From the NCBI GenBank assembly GCA_045837725.1, contig JBEWZL010000076.1, forward strand, positions 124,001-188,000: a stretch of DNA of 64,000 nt, read 5' to 3'. This DNA is from Vermamoeba vermiformis. Lineage: Eukaryota. The notes below the pieces were generated by a model. It was not told where the DNA came from. It made no database searches and saw nothing but the letters and a program-made list of their open reading frames with translations. Positions within the stretch are counted from its first letter, which is position 1, and every line of letters begins with the position of its first letter. Below are positions 1 to 12,600 of the stretch, in pieces. The position numbers were made by a program, and so were the translations under genes.

Positions 1-1649
1 AGTTTCAAATTATGAAAGGTAACTTACAATAGTAGGGTTGTTGCAAACAACACCACCGTCCAAGAACCAATCTTCGCCGATTTGAACAGCAGGGAAGTAG
101 CCGGGAGCAGCGCTAGTAGCATCACCGACCTCAGCAGCAAGTACTTCAGGATCCTAAAAATAATGGCTCAGTTAGCTCGATCTGATCTGGGTCCCGAAAG
201 CTGAGCTATTGCATTAAAGACTTACATTGTGGTTGCTGAACACGCGGATCTTCTTGCGCTCAACTTCGTAAGAGGTAATGATGACGTACTTGTCGCCAGC
301 ATCCTTCAACTTCTTGGTGCCAAAAACTTCAGCCAAGACTTCCTTCTTGCCTATATAGCGAATAAATCAGACAAATATATATCGATAGATTATGGATAAG
401 TTGAATTTCAGTAGTGACATGAAACTGAACCAAGGTCCACGCCACTTCGTGGGAACAAATCCGCATCTAAAAACGAGTGCTTACCACGACCGCTATATTT
501 AGGAGAAGTTTGGAGCAAACCGACGGCGTTATCGTGCGCAGATTTGTTCATAATTCTGTTGGCACGTTCGTAGCCATACAAATTAGCAACATCAGCAGCG
601 CTCAACTTGCAAACAGCCAAGCCCAAAGAGATCAAACCACCTATTAGGATAGGCACATATGTTATTATTCGATAGTTGGTAGCAAGGAAATTTAAAAGTT
701 GAGTAATACAAATGGATTTGACTTACCAGTAGAAGTACCGACGAACATATCGAACAATTCGCAAACTGGAGTTCCAATTTTCTTCTCGAACAGCTTCAAG
801 AAGGTAGCGGTAATAACACCTATTGTAAAGTCATTAGTATAAAGCGGCTTTATAATTAAGGCCTCTCTCGCGGATGTACCTCTGATACCGCCACCGTCGC
901 AGCTCAAAATCCACTTCTTGCTGTTTCTCTTCAAGCCCAATTCGCTTGCTGAGCGAGGAGTAACGGGCTATTGAAAAGAATAATAAGGATCAGCGGTAAG
1001 AGCATTGGATGCCGATCGGCAGACTCGAATTCCGGATTTGCTCGACTTACTGGGCAAAGAGTCAATGCCAAGTGCACTTCACCTTCTCCCTTCTCAACGG
1101 GGAACCATTTGTCTTCCTTCACGTTTTCAACCAACTTAGAGACATCAATGTTTAATTGACCCAAAAAGTCATCTGCGCCGACACTGTCTTTATCCTGCAA
1201 GAATTATGATTAATATGACTGCACTAATGCCATGACGGCTATTAGCCCAAATATTGGTTGTCGACCAGAACAGATTAGCAGTTGAAAAAAACTGTGGCGA
1301 CAGTTGAAAATAGCTCCAAATTTGAATTTATATTGTATAATAATTTTAAATATTATCTGTACTTACCCACAAGGTGAGGTTAAGAGGTGTTTTAGTGTCA
1401 GAGACGTGGAAAAGGAAATCCTCGTTCCACTTGGGATTGAGGGACTTGTCGACAACTTTAGTCTTCTTCTTTAAGCCTTGGTATTTAACCTTAACATAGG
1501 GATCTTAAATTAAATAATATTAGAGCGTTTGCAAACGGAATTCCTGCACGAGTTTAAATCTCACCAGAGTAGCCGTTGACATCTGCTGCCTTAAGCTTGC
1601 GAGCCTCAATGATTTGAAGGTGAAGTACGCTCAAAACTGATGCGGCCAT
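1..1649 (-). CDS. C2 domain + patatin-like phospholipase (multi-exon; 3' end runs off the window start)
   Basis: Spliced translation from ATG at 1649: LQIIEARKLKAADVNGYS|DPYVKV...KTKVVDKSLNPKWNEDF...W|DKDSVGADDFLG (C2 domain). Patatin motifs follow: ILSCDGGGIRG, FDMFVGTSTGG (GxSxG), ATSAAPGYFP and FLDGGVVCNNP (DGG). Confidence 0.9.
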
Positions 1650-2298
1650 AGTATTGTGGTAGTTCGGTTTTGTAAATTACGATAGTGCGAGTTTAAAATC
1701 GCTGGTTTTTGCCTTTTACGGCTTTTTGAATATCTGTCAACAATCAACATCCACAATATTATCTCCTTCGCTATCTCATATCATCGCCTTCAGATTCAAT
1801 AGCAAGAGAACGCTGTTGTCGCTCGCATCTGACTTTGGACGGCCATTAGTATTTTGTTGTATTCCAATAGTTGTCTAATGTCGGACTTTCGAACAACAAA
1901 TATCCTCTTACGGTCAACATCGAATTCTATAAAGACTTGCCGGTAATTCGTATTTTTTGCGCCTCGTTTTCTGTATTTCACAAGAAATCACTTCGTTCAC
2001 CGAACCGATCTGGAACAGCGTCCTGCACCGAAATTCTCTGCAGCTTATTTGTCGATTAAAACAAGCCAAGAGACAACAGTCAATCAATCAACTAAATCTG
2101 AAGGATATCTCGCTGATTTGCTTAAAATAGGATCCAGCTTATTTTTAGCGCTAAGCTTTTTTTGAAGCCAACATTAGTTTCAAAGAAGTCATTGCAAGAC
2201 CTCAACTTCAGCATTTACGAATATTTTATTAGTTGTATGCATACCGCGTAAAGCGATAACAACACGACGCATCTGAAAGAAAACGATTCTATTTATCG

Positions 2299-4715
2299 AT
2301 GGATATTGTCCAAAAGATTCAGGCCCAACTCAAGGCCAACGAAAACGAGGGCATGGTGCTCTTGCAAGGATTTGGTTTAAACAAATTCGATGCAGCTTGG
2401 ATTCCAGGTGAGTCGATTTATTTATTATCGACTTTGGTCTTGGTGGCCAATTCTTAATTTATACTTGCTCCATAATCGATAGTACACGATCTAATATATC
2501 GTCTTGTCCAGAATTGCGTTCTGCTAGAGGCTTGGACCTTTCAGCAAACAAGATTGATCAAATCCCTGAAGATTTCAAAACACTCGACAATCGTAAGTTT
2601 TCTGCATCGCTTATATTTTTTTGTGTTTGAGTATACTATGGTAATTAGATTGCATAATTGTATAATCGATTCAGTATGGATTTAGCATTATTTTTAACTT
2701 TTAATCTTGACTGATTATATACTTTAAGAATGACATTTATTTCTCGTTCCTAATCGTGGTATTATGCAGTTCGAACATTGAGAATATGCTGCAATGGCAT
2801 TAGGAACCAGATTCCTGGTCCAATCCTCAAACTCAAGTACCTCGAGTCCCTAGCGATCAGTGGCAATATTATTTCCACTCTTCAAGTAAGTATTAATGCA
2901 TTTTACATATTATTTAATTTCTTAAGGTCCAAATAATCGTTTAAACGGTCGCAATTTAAGTTTACGATGAACAGCCAATCCGGCTTTGTTTTTAAAAACC
3001 ATCGATAGAACTCATCGTTTACATATTGTCTAATAACGGTTCTTGAAAATATCGTAACACAATTCAGAATCTCTTTTTGCAAGTGCCTGAAAGTGAATCT
3101 AATCCAACGTGCAAAGAAATCTCTTGTATTTTACTTCATTAATTTACGTAACCGTTCGCAAAGCCTTTACTAACAATAATATTATGACTTTAGGGTATCG
3201 AGAAACTTGGCAATCTTCGACGATTGGAATGCAATTCGAGCTACATCTCAAAACTGCCAGCCGGGTTGAAGAACAGCCGTCATTTAACTATTGTTTCATT
3301 GCGTGGTAATGATATCGAGTCAGTCGAAGAGTTGGTAAGCGTCCTAATATCCGGAGCGATTCTATTTTATTTTTGTAATTTTCCTTTTATGGCAAAGTTT
3401 TCGGCTTGAACTGATCTTGGTTCCTCTTCTAGGCAAAACTGCGCAACGTCGAGACATTACAATTATCAGAGAACAAGATTAAGTCTTTACCCAAGTCAGT
3501 CAAGTGGGAGAAGCTCACAGACTTGTACATCAACTCGAATCCGATCTCAGAGCTGCCTTCTTACATTGGCAAATTGAAGACTCTTAAGTGCTTGCAGTTG
3601 TCCAAGACTAGAATTACATCCGTTCCTGCAAGTATCTTGGAGTTGGTTCACTTGGAAGAGTTGGATTTGAGCCGCAACAGTTTGACTGAGTTACCTGAGG
3701 GAATTTTCGATCGATTGGTCAACTTAAAGAAACTCGACGTTAGGTATGATTATGATTTATTATATTATCGTCATTACGACAACAAGATGTTGCAAAAATC
3801 TATTTCCGATCTGCTCGATCTAACTCGTTCTGTTTAGCCAAAACGGCATGGCCCGTTTGCCTCGTATGGAGAAACTTACAGCCCTCGAGGACGCTAACAT
3901 TAGCGGCAACAAGTTGCGTGAATTGCCTCACGGCTTGTTGGAACTGACCAATCACAAGTTGAGCATTCTCAACGTGAGCTGCAACAAACTGAAACAGTTC
4001 CCTGACACTGACACGTGTCAACGCGTCAATAAGTTGAAGGTCTTCTTGTTCCACCAAAACGAGTTCATCAACGTGCCTTCGACTTTGACGCATCCGTATC
4101 AAAACGAGGCCGGCAGTCACTTGAACAACGTCTTGCCGACAAAGATCACCGAGAATGTCTATTTGGGCTGCATGCAAGCTGCGCTCAACAAGAAGGGCTT
4201 GAAAGCTCTCGGCATCACGCACATTCTCAACGCTGCGAACCCCGTCATTACGTACGAGCGAGTAAGTCATCCTAGACAAATTCTAGCTCTATATAGTAAT
4301 AAATATACTAACCTTGGTGCCTATAGAAATTCACGTACTTGGTGCTCGGCATGCGTGATCACAGCTTCGAGAACTTGTTGTGCAAAGTGCCACAAGCAAC
4401 AGGATTTATGGAAGACGCTATTAATAATGGCGGCAAGGTCTTAGTGCACTGGTACGTTCACATATATCCATTTAATACATGGCAGTTATTAATATGATAT
4501 TATCGCGCAGTATGGCTGGTGTTTCAAGATCCGCATCCATCGTGATCGCGTACCTGATGACACGAGAGAATATGACCTACAACGACGCCTATAACATGGT
4601 TAAAGAGAAGAGGTCAGTCATTAACCCCAACGAAGGCTTCAAAGCACAGTTGAAGCAGTTGGATGCGTACATGAAGAACAAGCGTGACTTCCACGAGTCA
4701 CAAGAACTTAAGTGA
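2299..4715 (+). CDS. Leucine-rich-repeat dual-specificity phosphatase (Dictyostelium MPL-like architecture)
   Basis: Many LxxLxLxxNxL repeats over several exons, then a DSP domain: KITENVYLG, LGITHILN, VLVHC|MAGVSRSA (catalytic Cys codon split TG|T by an intron), KRSVINPNEGF. Stop at 4713-4715. Confidence 0.9.
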
Positions 4716-5356
4716 GCTATTTTTAGTCACTTGTATTGTAATTATTGTATTATAAATGTACTATAGTGTTAGGGGCGTTAGCGCCCTTTTTGAAAGGAAA
4801 TTTCGATCATATACTCATCTATGTACTGGCTCATCCGGTCAAACTTAGCACGGATCCAACGGAGAATCTTTCTGAATTTTTAAGGCGATTACGCATTTAC
4901 TCGGCATCGATATGTATTGATAACACTATCTTACGTCAGCGAACGTCCAAATAAGAGACACATCGAACATTACTGCGTCATGCTGTCTTTCCAGCATTAA
5001 AGCAGCAATGAAAAGAGAAAATTTAGCAATTAATCACCATGAAAGCCCCGAGCTTGCCAGTGGCCTTCAAATCTTGTCTAGATAATACTTTCGCTTCTAT
5101 ACCAGCTCAACAATAATACGAAGATCCAAGGAGAGAAAATACGTACACCGATTACACTGCTCTAGTAACGATTTTAGAATTGTTTATCGAGCTAGATGGT
5201 TGAGCATCCTACGACAACGCAAGAGATGGAGATGGTAAAATAATAACGTGTTTGACTGATGTACGAGCAATTCTTGTGGACTGTAGCCATTACACGTGCT
5301 TAGTGCACTAAACATTTAAAGTTTGGTAGTGTTTAAAAATTAACCGGCAGTTGACT

Positions 5357-5409
5357 TTTGGGGATCCGAAGGATTTCTTGCGTTTGGGGATCCGAAGGAT
5401 TCCTTCGGA
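5357..5409. repeat. 19-bp direct repeat ending in a palindrome
   Basis: TTTGGGGATCCGAAGGATT at 5357-5375 and 5383-5401; TCCGAAGGA-T-TCCTTCGGA inverted repeat at 5391-5409. Confidence 0.8.
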
Positions 5410-5459
5410 AAATGAAATTTGGTCAATTTTTGGTCAACGAGCGGAACTAATGCATTCTA

Positions 5460-5804
5460 ATGGAGCACAACAGCTCAGAAGAAATATTTGTAGTAAAGGT
5501 TCGAGTGGTCTACGGTCCTGGCGAGCCGACGTACGTCCAAGGCGCGTACCTAAGGAGGTATTTCTTGGAAAATAAGCTCCAAGACGGAGATATAGCGCAT
5601 GTGCCAGCTTCTAAACTTAAAAACTTTAATCCCGAGACGCGCGCGAAGTTTGAAGCTCCTTATATTTCGAATCCGAACGATCTCAAAACAGGCGAGAATA
5701 GGCTCTTTTGGCTCGACGGTTCCGAGTTGGGCCTAAAAATATACATTATATGCTGGCTTATCAATATTAAGAATACGAAACGAGTTTGTAAAAAGACGGT
5801 GTAA
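5460..5804 (+). CDS. Hypothetical intronless ORF (114 aa), no recognisable family
   Basis: ATG-initiated ORF with protein-like composition; no motif recognised. Confidence 0.3.
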   Translation: MEHNSSEEIFVVKVRVVYGPGEPTYVQGAYLRRYFLENKLQDGDIAHVPASKLKNFNPETRAKFEAPYISNPNDLKTGENRLFWLDGSELGLKIYIICWLINIKNTKRVCKKTV

Positions 5805-6584
5805 TTATAAGTGCAGTTCAATAATTGCAGGTACTCAATAAATGTTCGTTAGAGAAATGACCGCACTTGCCATATTTAAATAAAGAACTCGCTAATAGTA
5901 ACTCGACGCCGCTAGGAGTAAATCGCGCCAGGGTACTTGAGCTTCCCTCGGCGTTTGCTACGTCTTTATGGTGTTTGCTCGTGGTTTAGGTTGGCTGATC
6001 TGAAACTATTTTTGGAAATCGCCAAATTTCCTTGTCGCAAACACGATCACGTGACAATCAACCAGGGCTAACTTTTGTTCCAACGCGCTCGGCAGTTCCG
6101 GTTGAAGGAGTGATACGTGCCCAAAGTCAAGTTGTAATTACACTCTGGCGTATTGTATCTTATTGAAGCATTTTATATTACCACGAGTGCTTCGTCAATT
6201 TGAGGCTGCTGAAAAACAAATTAATGAATTATTTTAAAATACGGAGTTGACATCTACGCCACAAGGGACAAAATCGTAATTATTATTAAATACAATAATT
6301 TACAAAAATAAATGATAAATATTACGATCAAATAATAGCGGAACAGCCTTGTAAATCCAATTTTCTTTCTTAGCTGCGTTATTTGTCTTTAGCGCCTTTC
6401 AACTTTTACTCGTCATATTAGTACCAGAAATTATTGCACAGCAGTTGTTTCCAAGCAGAAAATTGGATTGACTTGTGGCCGTTGGTTTTTTGTTGGCAAA
6501 AGATATTCGTCTCGTGCCAGTTTTGATACTTTGTTTTAATTATTTACTAGCAACACCAACGCTCATTTATATATTAATGCGGAA

Positions 6585-7715
6585 ATGAGTCGGTTGTTTG
6601 TACGTGTGATTGAGGGAAAACAGATCGTCGAACCTGACACACCATCGAGGTAGATCCAATAAGATAAATTGCCTTCCTTTGAATGAAAAGTACAAAATTC
6701 ATTATTTTATATTATCGCAATTAATGAAGTCAACGATTTTTTAAATTCATTCGTTCTTCAGATCTTGTTTACTGACGCCTTATAAATAGTTGCTATGTCG
6801 TAGTTAAATACAACGCTACAAGAAAACGAACGAAACGAATTGAACAAGAATACAGCCCTCGCTGGGACCAAACCGTCAAATTCAACCTCCAAGAAAACGA
6901 AAATACCGTCAAGATCAGAGTTTATGTAGGTCATATAGACTAAATATTACTTGCGTATAAATTAGCAACATATGAACCGATTTAACTCTTTCTCCAAGAA
7001 CGCGAAGCAAAGGATCGGACATCTGAAAATCGGTTTCAACCCCGATAAGGAAGAAGAACAGATATTCGAAGAGAAACTTGCACAAGGATCCTTAGTCATA
7101 GGTATTAAATGCCAGGTTAGTAATTACTTTGATGGCACTCAGTGTAACAATATCTTTTTTGGAATTCCAATTAATTGTGTCCTCATTTTTATTCATTACA
7201 ATTAAATATTATATTAAACGAATCTTTAGGTGGATTCATCGAGCAGTTCTTCGTCATCATCGGAGTCATCATCCGATTCAACTGAATCACCTTCAAGTAG
7301 TTCCGCGAGCAGTGTCAGCAGCGTTAGCAGCGTTAGTGTTAGTGCTAGTTTGCCTAATTTAGGCAATGACGGTGGTTCTAGCGGCAATCCAAGTGCTCCT
7401 AGTGGAGGTTCGACAGGCGATAATAATACAGTTGAAATGACGAGCCCATCTGGCGGAGGATCGGGCGGTACTAGTGGCCCAGGCACGAGTGGACCGAGCG
7501 GAAATACTGGTGGAAATACTGGTGGCGGGTCTCATACAATTGGACATAGTCATCATGGAGGCGGAGGTATAAACAACGACAATAACTCTGGATGTGGTGA
7601 TTGTGATTGTGGCGATTGTGGTGATTGTGATTGCGATTGCAAGTGCGACTGTGACTGCGACTGCGATTGTGACCTAGATTGTGGAGGAGATGATGACTGT
7701 TGTACTATTCTATAA
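6585..7715 (+). CDS. C2-domain protein with Ser/Gly-rich linker, (Cys-Asp)n tail and C-terminal CaaX (CCTIL)
   Basis: Four exons: MSRLFVRVIEGKQI...S|CYVVVKYNATRKRTKRIEQEYSPRWDQTVKF...VY|NAKQRIGHLKI...CQ|VDSSSSS...CGDCDCGDCGDCDCDCKCDCDCDCDCDLDCGGDDDCCTIL*. Confidence 0.8.
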
Positions 7716-8101
7716 ACATCCACCAAGTAAATTTTCCTTCGCCAGTACTATTAAGTTGCCTCGAGATACGCTATCTCGGTAATTGTAAACCCTTTCAAAC
7801 TACACTGTTTGATATTGATCCTCAGCGGTACTGATCAACTTCAGCTTTAACAAGTATAACAAATTCCTAAAATTGGTTTACTTTGTTGGAGAAACTTCGT
7901 ATTTGTCAGTAGTACAATCTTTTCGTCCATTATATTTGCTTAGATTGTTAATGTGCTTTAAACTCTTGCTAGGGATCTAAAAAAAGAACACGCATGATTG
8001 ACCTAACCCCTAAGAAAGAGCTTACATTATTATATGTTTTCAAGAGTACATATTGAAAGTGTTTATTATTGGCCAATCAAATTACTATTCGCTATTCGCG
8101 A

Positions 8102-9591
8102 TTAAACCAAATCAATGTGCCTAATATTCGTCAATTTGTCTCTGACTTGTTGCGTCAATTCGCCAGACACTTGCAATATTCTCAAATTAGTCAATGCACT
8201 GAGTCCTATTAATCTATCGCATTGTGCTTCTTCCACGCGTCGTATTTGTAAGCGTTGAATTTTTGTCATGACGAGCAGTTCTTTCGTGATCGGATCCAAG
8301 TTAGCGTTATTTGGGAAATAGAATTGAAGGCGTGTGATATTACTAAATGCGCGTAATCTAGGCACCAATCTATCGTCCAATTGCGAGTCTAAAATTAGCT
8401 CATCCAGATGCGGATTCGGCAAAAACTCGAAAGGCTTAGATGACTTGATATGCAACTTCTTTAACGATGTTAATATGAAATTACTCGTCATAGTATCCAC
8501 AGTAAGGCTTGTAAGCTTATTAAGCCTCGATAAGCAATTATTCGCCGTTCTGCAAGTCAAGTCGAGCAGATTCGTTAAACTGGTTAAATATTCCGCTTCA
8601 ACGTTACAATCCAATTTAGTCAAATTCGGAGCTCTAATTAACCGCATCACCTCTGGTGTAATAAACTCTCGTGCTCTTTTTGGTGTTGCTTCGAATTGTT
8701 CCAGATTCAGCAGTTGCGTCAAAAAATAAAAATTCTCGTAGCGCATTGCAATCTCGTGTATAGTGAGTGATCGTAACTTATATAATGAATTCAATGAGTC
8801 GTAAAATTCTTGCGTTGAAAATGTGGTATTCAACTTTAAGCCGGTCAAATTTTGATTTTTCAAGAGCAGATCTGGATGTGGGTTCTTGATCGTGATATCC
8901 AAGTATTGTAATTTTGTTAGTCTATCCATAGGCGGTATAATATTGATGTCCCAGCTTAACGACTTTAAATTTGTCAAGATCTCAAGTGCTTTTGCGTCAT
9001 CTGCTTCGTAATTTCCTTTTAACTTTGCAATTGCTCTTATCTCCGTCAATTTATCAATACTTATTATTGATAATATGATATCTTTGTCATATCGTAGTGT
9101 TAAACTTTGTAGATTCGTTGCTTTTGAAACGACTTCGATCTGATCTTGAACACTGTAATCTTTAACGCTGAGATCTAACTTATTTATATATGGAAAACAC
9201 TTCAATAGCTTTGCCGGGTAATTTCCGTTGAAATGAAACTCTTGTAGATTAGTTAAGACAGAAAACTGCATCCACTCTTCCTCGTTAAATCGAATCTGGT
9301 TCCATATAATTCAGAAAATTTCAATATTCGTAAATTAGTCAATCTTGCCAATGCTAACGCGTCTTCTTTGACCATTTTCTTCGACTTTAAAAAGATTATT
9401 TGTTTGATAAAGCTGTAATTGACCAGATGCTCCACAAAATCCTTCACTTTGCCTGGCTCTGCCCAATTGAATATTAAACTCGAGTAATAATTCGCTTGAA
9501 GCCAATCTTTGGATACTAATCTAACTTCGAGCTGGGTTTTTGAATCCAGCAGCCCAATAATTAGCGAGATTATTTCATAGGGAAGATCCAT
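8102..9591 (-). pseudogene. Intronless F-box + LRR gene broken by a single frameshift near 9271-9310 (pseudogene or sequence error)
   Basis: F-box N-terminus MDLPYEIISLIIGLLD...VRLVSKDW; LTNL-type LRRs continue in an overlapping frame (NEEEWMQFSVLTNLQEF). I found no GT-AG intron that bridges the shift. Confidence 0.65.
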
Positions 9592-9677
9592 GTTGTAAAG
9601 ATCTAACAGAATAATATAATAATCAAAACAATGACGGAAATTATGTGCTAAAATCAGCCAATCGCGTAACGGTTTAT

Positions 9678-12600
9678 TTAAAGCTGGAATTTCTGAGCGG
9701 TTTGGAACAATCGCTTGAGACCGATCATCACGCTCGAGCCAATAGCGTGGAAGTGGTTCTTTTTGAGGTCTTCGTGCGCCTCATTAGCAGCAGCGTTATC
9801 TGACGAATCGAGAGCTTGAGCCAACTTGAATAATTGTGCAGCAGCAGGGGCAGGAAGGCTGTTCACCTTCTTGTACAACTCCTTCAAGCGGTTGTGAATG
9901 TCATTCAACGCTGCAGGGTCGTCAGTGACTAACGGCGTGAGCTTGTTGATCACGGACTCGAAGTGCGTGGGAATGCCTTCAAGTGTCGCGGGATCAACTT
10001 GCGCCTCGCTGCTGTGATGACCTGCCTTGGCACGAGGAGCTTGAGCGCTAGTAGGAGGTGGTGGTGGTGGCTCAGCAGATACAACGGGCAAGGTGGGAGT
10101 GACGCCAGAAGTCGTGGTCAAGGGAGTCATTGGAGGTGGAGGCGCGACACCACCCATAGTCGGAGGCACGAGACCAGCCATCGGGTTCATTGGCGGAGGT
10201 GCAATGTGGCCAGGAGCGCCGTGGGAAGGGCCTGCAAGTGGGCCAGGTACCATAGGAGGAGGAACCATAGGCTTGAAAGCAGTCATCGGAGGAGGTGCGA
10301 CAACTGGAGCAGTGACTGTCTTGGGTGGGAGGACTGAAGTGACTTGACCGGCACCGGGACCAGGTGGCATGTACGGAGTGGGTGCACCAGGAGTGGTGAG
10401 AAGAGGAGTAGGAGGAGCAACGGGCTTGAAGCCACCGACCATTGGAGGAGGTGGCGTGACAGGTGTCGTGACGCCAGGTCGTTCCAAGAAGTTGGGCATG
10501 CCAGGAGGAGGCACAATAGGGCCAGTAGGATTGAACACTTGCGGTTGCTTAGGCGTGAAAGTGTTGGGAGGGGCAACAGGATTGACACCAACGAATGAAG
10601 GCATCTTGGGTTGAGTCACGGGCATCGGAGGCAAGTTGCCACCGCTAGGGATGACACCCATGCGAGGCTGTCTGGTAGCAGTAGTAGAAGGCGAGACACC
10701 GGCAGTGGTGGCAGCGTGAGTGGGGTGAGCAGCACCAGGGGCTTGGCCAAGAGGGCTGTACTCGAAGGGGAAGCGAGGTCTGTTGGCAGCCTTCTTCGCG
10801 TCCTTGTGCACAGCGTTGAAGACACGGTCCAACAAGATGGCACCCTTCGTCTTGACGTACTTCTCGTCAGCCATGCACTCGACATAGTGAAGAGCGGTGT
10901 TCAAACGACCCTGTGGAAATTATTGTGTTAATTTAAATAGGAAGATAAGTGTCGCAGTCTAACGTACTTGAGAAGCCAAGAACTCAGCGTATTGAGTCAA
11001 TTGAGAGCCCAACACGTCACTAACGTAATCACGCTCGGCAGCCTTGCTAAGAATCACGACCTTCTCAACCAAGTCTTGCAAGCTCTCGATGGAGGAAGGC
11101 TTGGTACCAGCATTTGAACGCTCCAACAAAACATTAATAGTCTTGTCCACGCTAGCAGCGGAAATGTAGCACAACAAAGCAGCACTAAAGTACGGTTATT
11201 AATAACTTGTTATAATTAGCAAACAGTATGATCGGTACGTACTTCAAATCGTTCTTCTCGTTGTGAAGTCTGTCACCCAACAACTCAGTCAATTGCGAGA
11301 ATCGTTCACGATCCTCCTTGTTGTAAGTGCACAAAATGGCCAAGGCTTCTTTCCAGTTGTCAAGATCAGCGCGCATAACCAAATCCTTCAAGTCATTCTA
11401 GGAATGCAAAATCAGTAACTTTCCAGTTAGTGACTCTAATGATAGTTAGACGTACCTTAACGACCTTGGAGATCAAAGTGGTGAAAGGATTGTTCGCGCC
11501 TTGGCTCTTGAAGTAAGTTTCGCGAGCATAAGACCACAAGTCTGAGCCACCGCAAGCAGCCAAGACGAGGGCATCAGCGTAGCGGTTGCTTCTCAAGCAG
11601 CACTCAACGGCAGCTTGCAAGTTACCAACCAAGAGAGCACGAGCAATAATGCCTTCAACGCCTTCTTCCTTAGAAATGAACTTCAAAGTTGGCAAAGGCT
11701 TGGGAGGACGAGGAGTTGAAGCACTACACGTGCATTAGTCGAGGTTGTTAGAATACGGTCAATAATGCTTACATGGTGGGTTGCGGCAAGTTGTCGAAAG
11801 CAGTGGTAGTAGCATCGCCGAACAAACCAGAAACGTCCTTGCGCTCTTCTTCTTCGCCAGTCGAGGCAACCTCTTCAGTAGGCTTAGCTTGGCTCTCTTC
11901 AGCGTCTTCAGCGTCCTCAGCCTCTTCATCCTCGTCGTCGTGTTTGCCGCGAGGTGAAGGCAAGTTGATGACAAAATCTTCGACTTGCTTGTCGAGGGCA
12001 GACATATCGAAGCCCAAGTGTGACAGCAATTGCGAGTGATCGTTTTGTTCGAACACGAACTTAATGAAGGTCCAGATCGACTTCTCTTGGTCATCGCTGG
12101 ACTCGTTAATCTAAATTGCAAGAATTAGTATTAATACCGATCTTCATTATATAAAAAGATATTTTGTTGCATCACAATCAATGTATCAGCGGAGATCTTG
12201 CATCCGTTTTTTTGGATTCACCACCGTTATTGATAAATTTAAACGTTATGCTAAATATAGAAGTACAGCAGCGTACCTTTTCTTCGCAGAATTCGTTGTA
12301 TTGCTTTTGTTGCACGACGGTCTCCAACTTATCAGCACGTTCTAAAACAGCGCTCTCAGTGACAACCTTGTGGAGTTGGATCTGAGGCTTTTGGTTAGGC
12401 TTCTTAGGTCCGTATCTAACGAGGGTGCCGCCGAATCCAAAAGTAGCTCCCGCGGGGCGTCTCAACCAAGCAGGAGGACGAGTCAATTCTTTTTTCTTGG
12501 GTTGTTGCACGTTGCCAAAAGCGTCAGTTTGCACGCTCTTAGGAGTCGAATCAAAATCGTTCAATGAGTACACGCTGACTTTGCCGTCGAGGGACGAAGT

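Noticed and set aside
1711-1719. GCCTTTTAC matches U5 snRNA loop 1
   Set aside because: No closing stem or Sm site; it sits just upstream of the C2-patatin start codon.
9963-10931. Several long plus-strand and alternate-frame ORFs over SEC31
   Set aside because: Shadow ORFs from the GC-rich Pro-rich exon; no independent protein signal.
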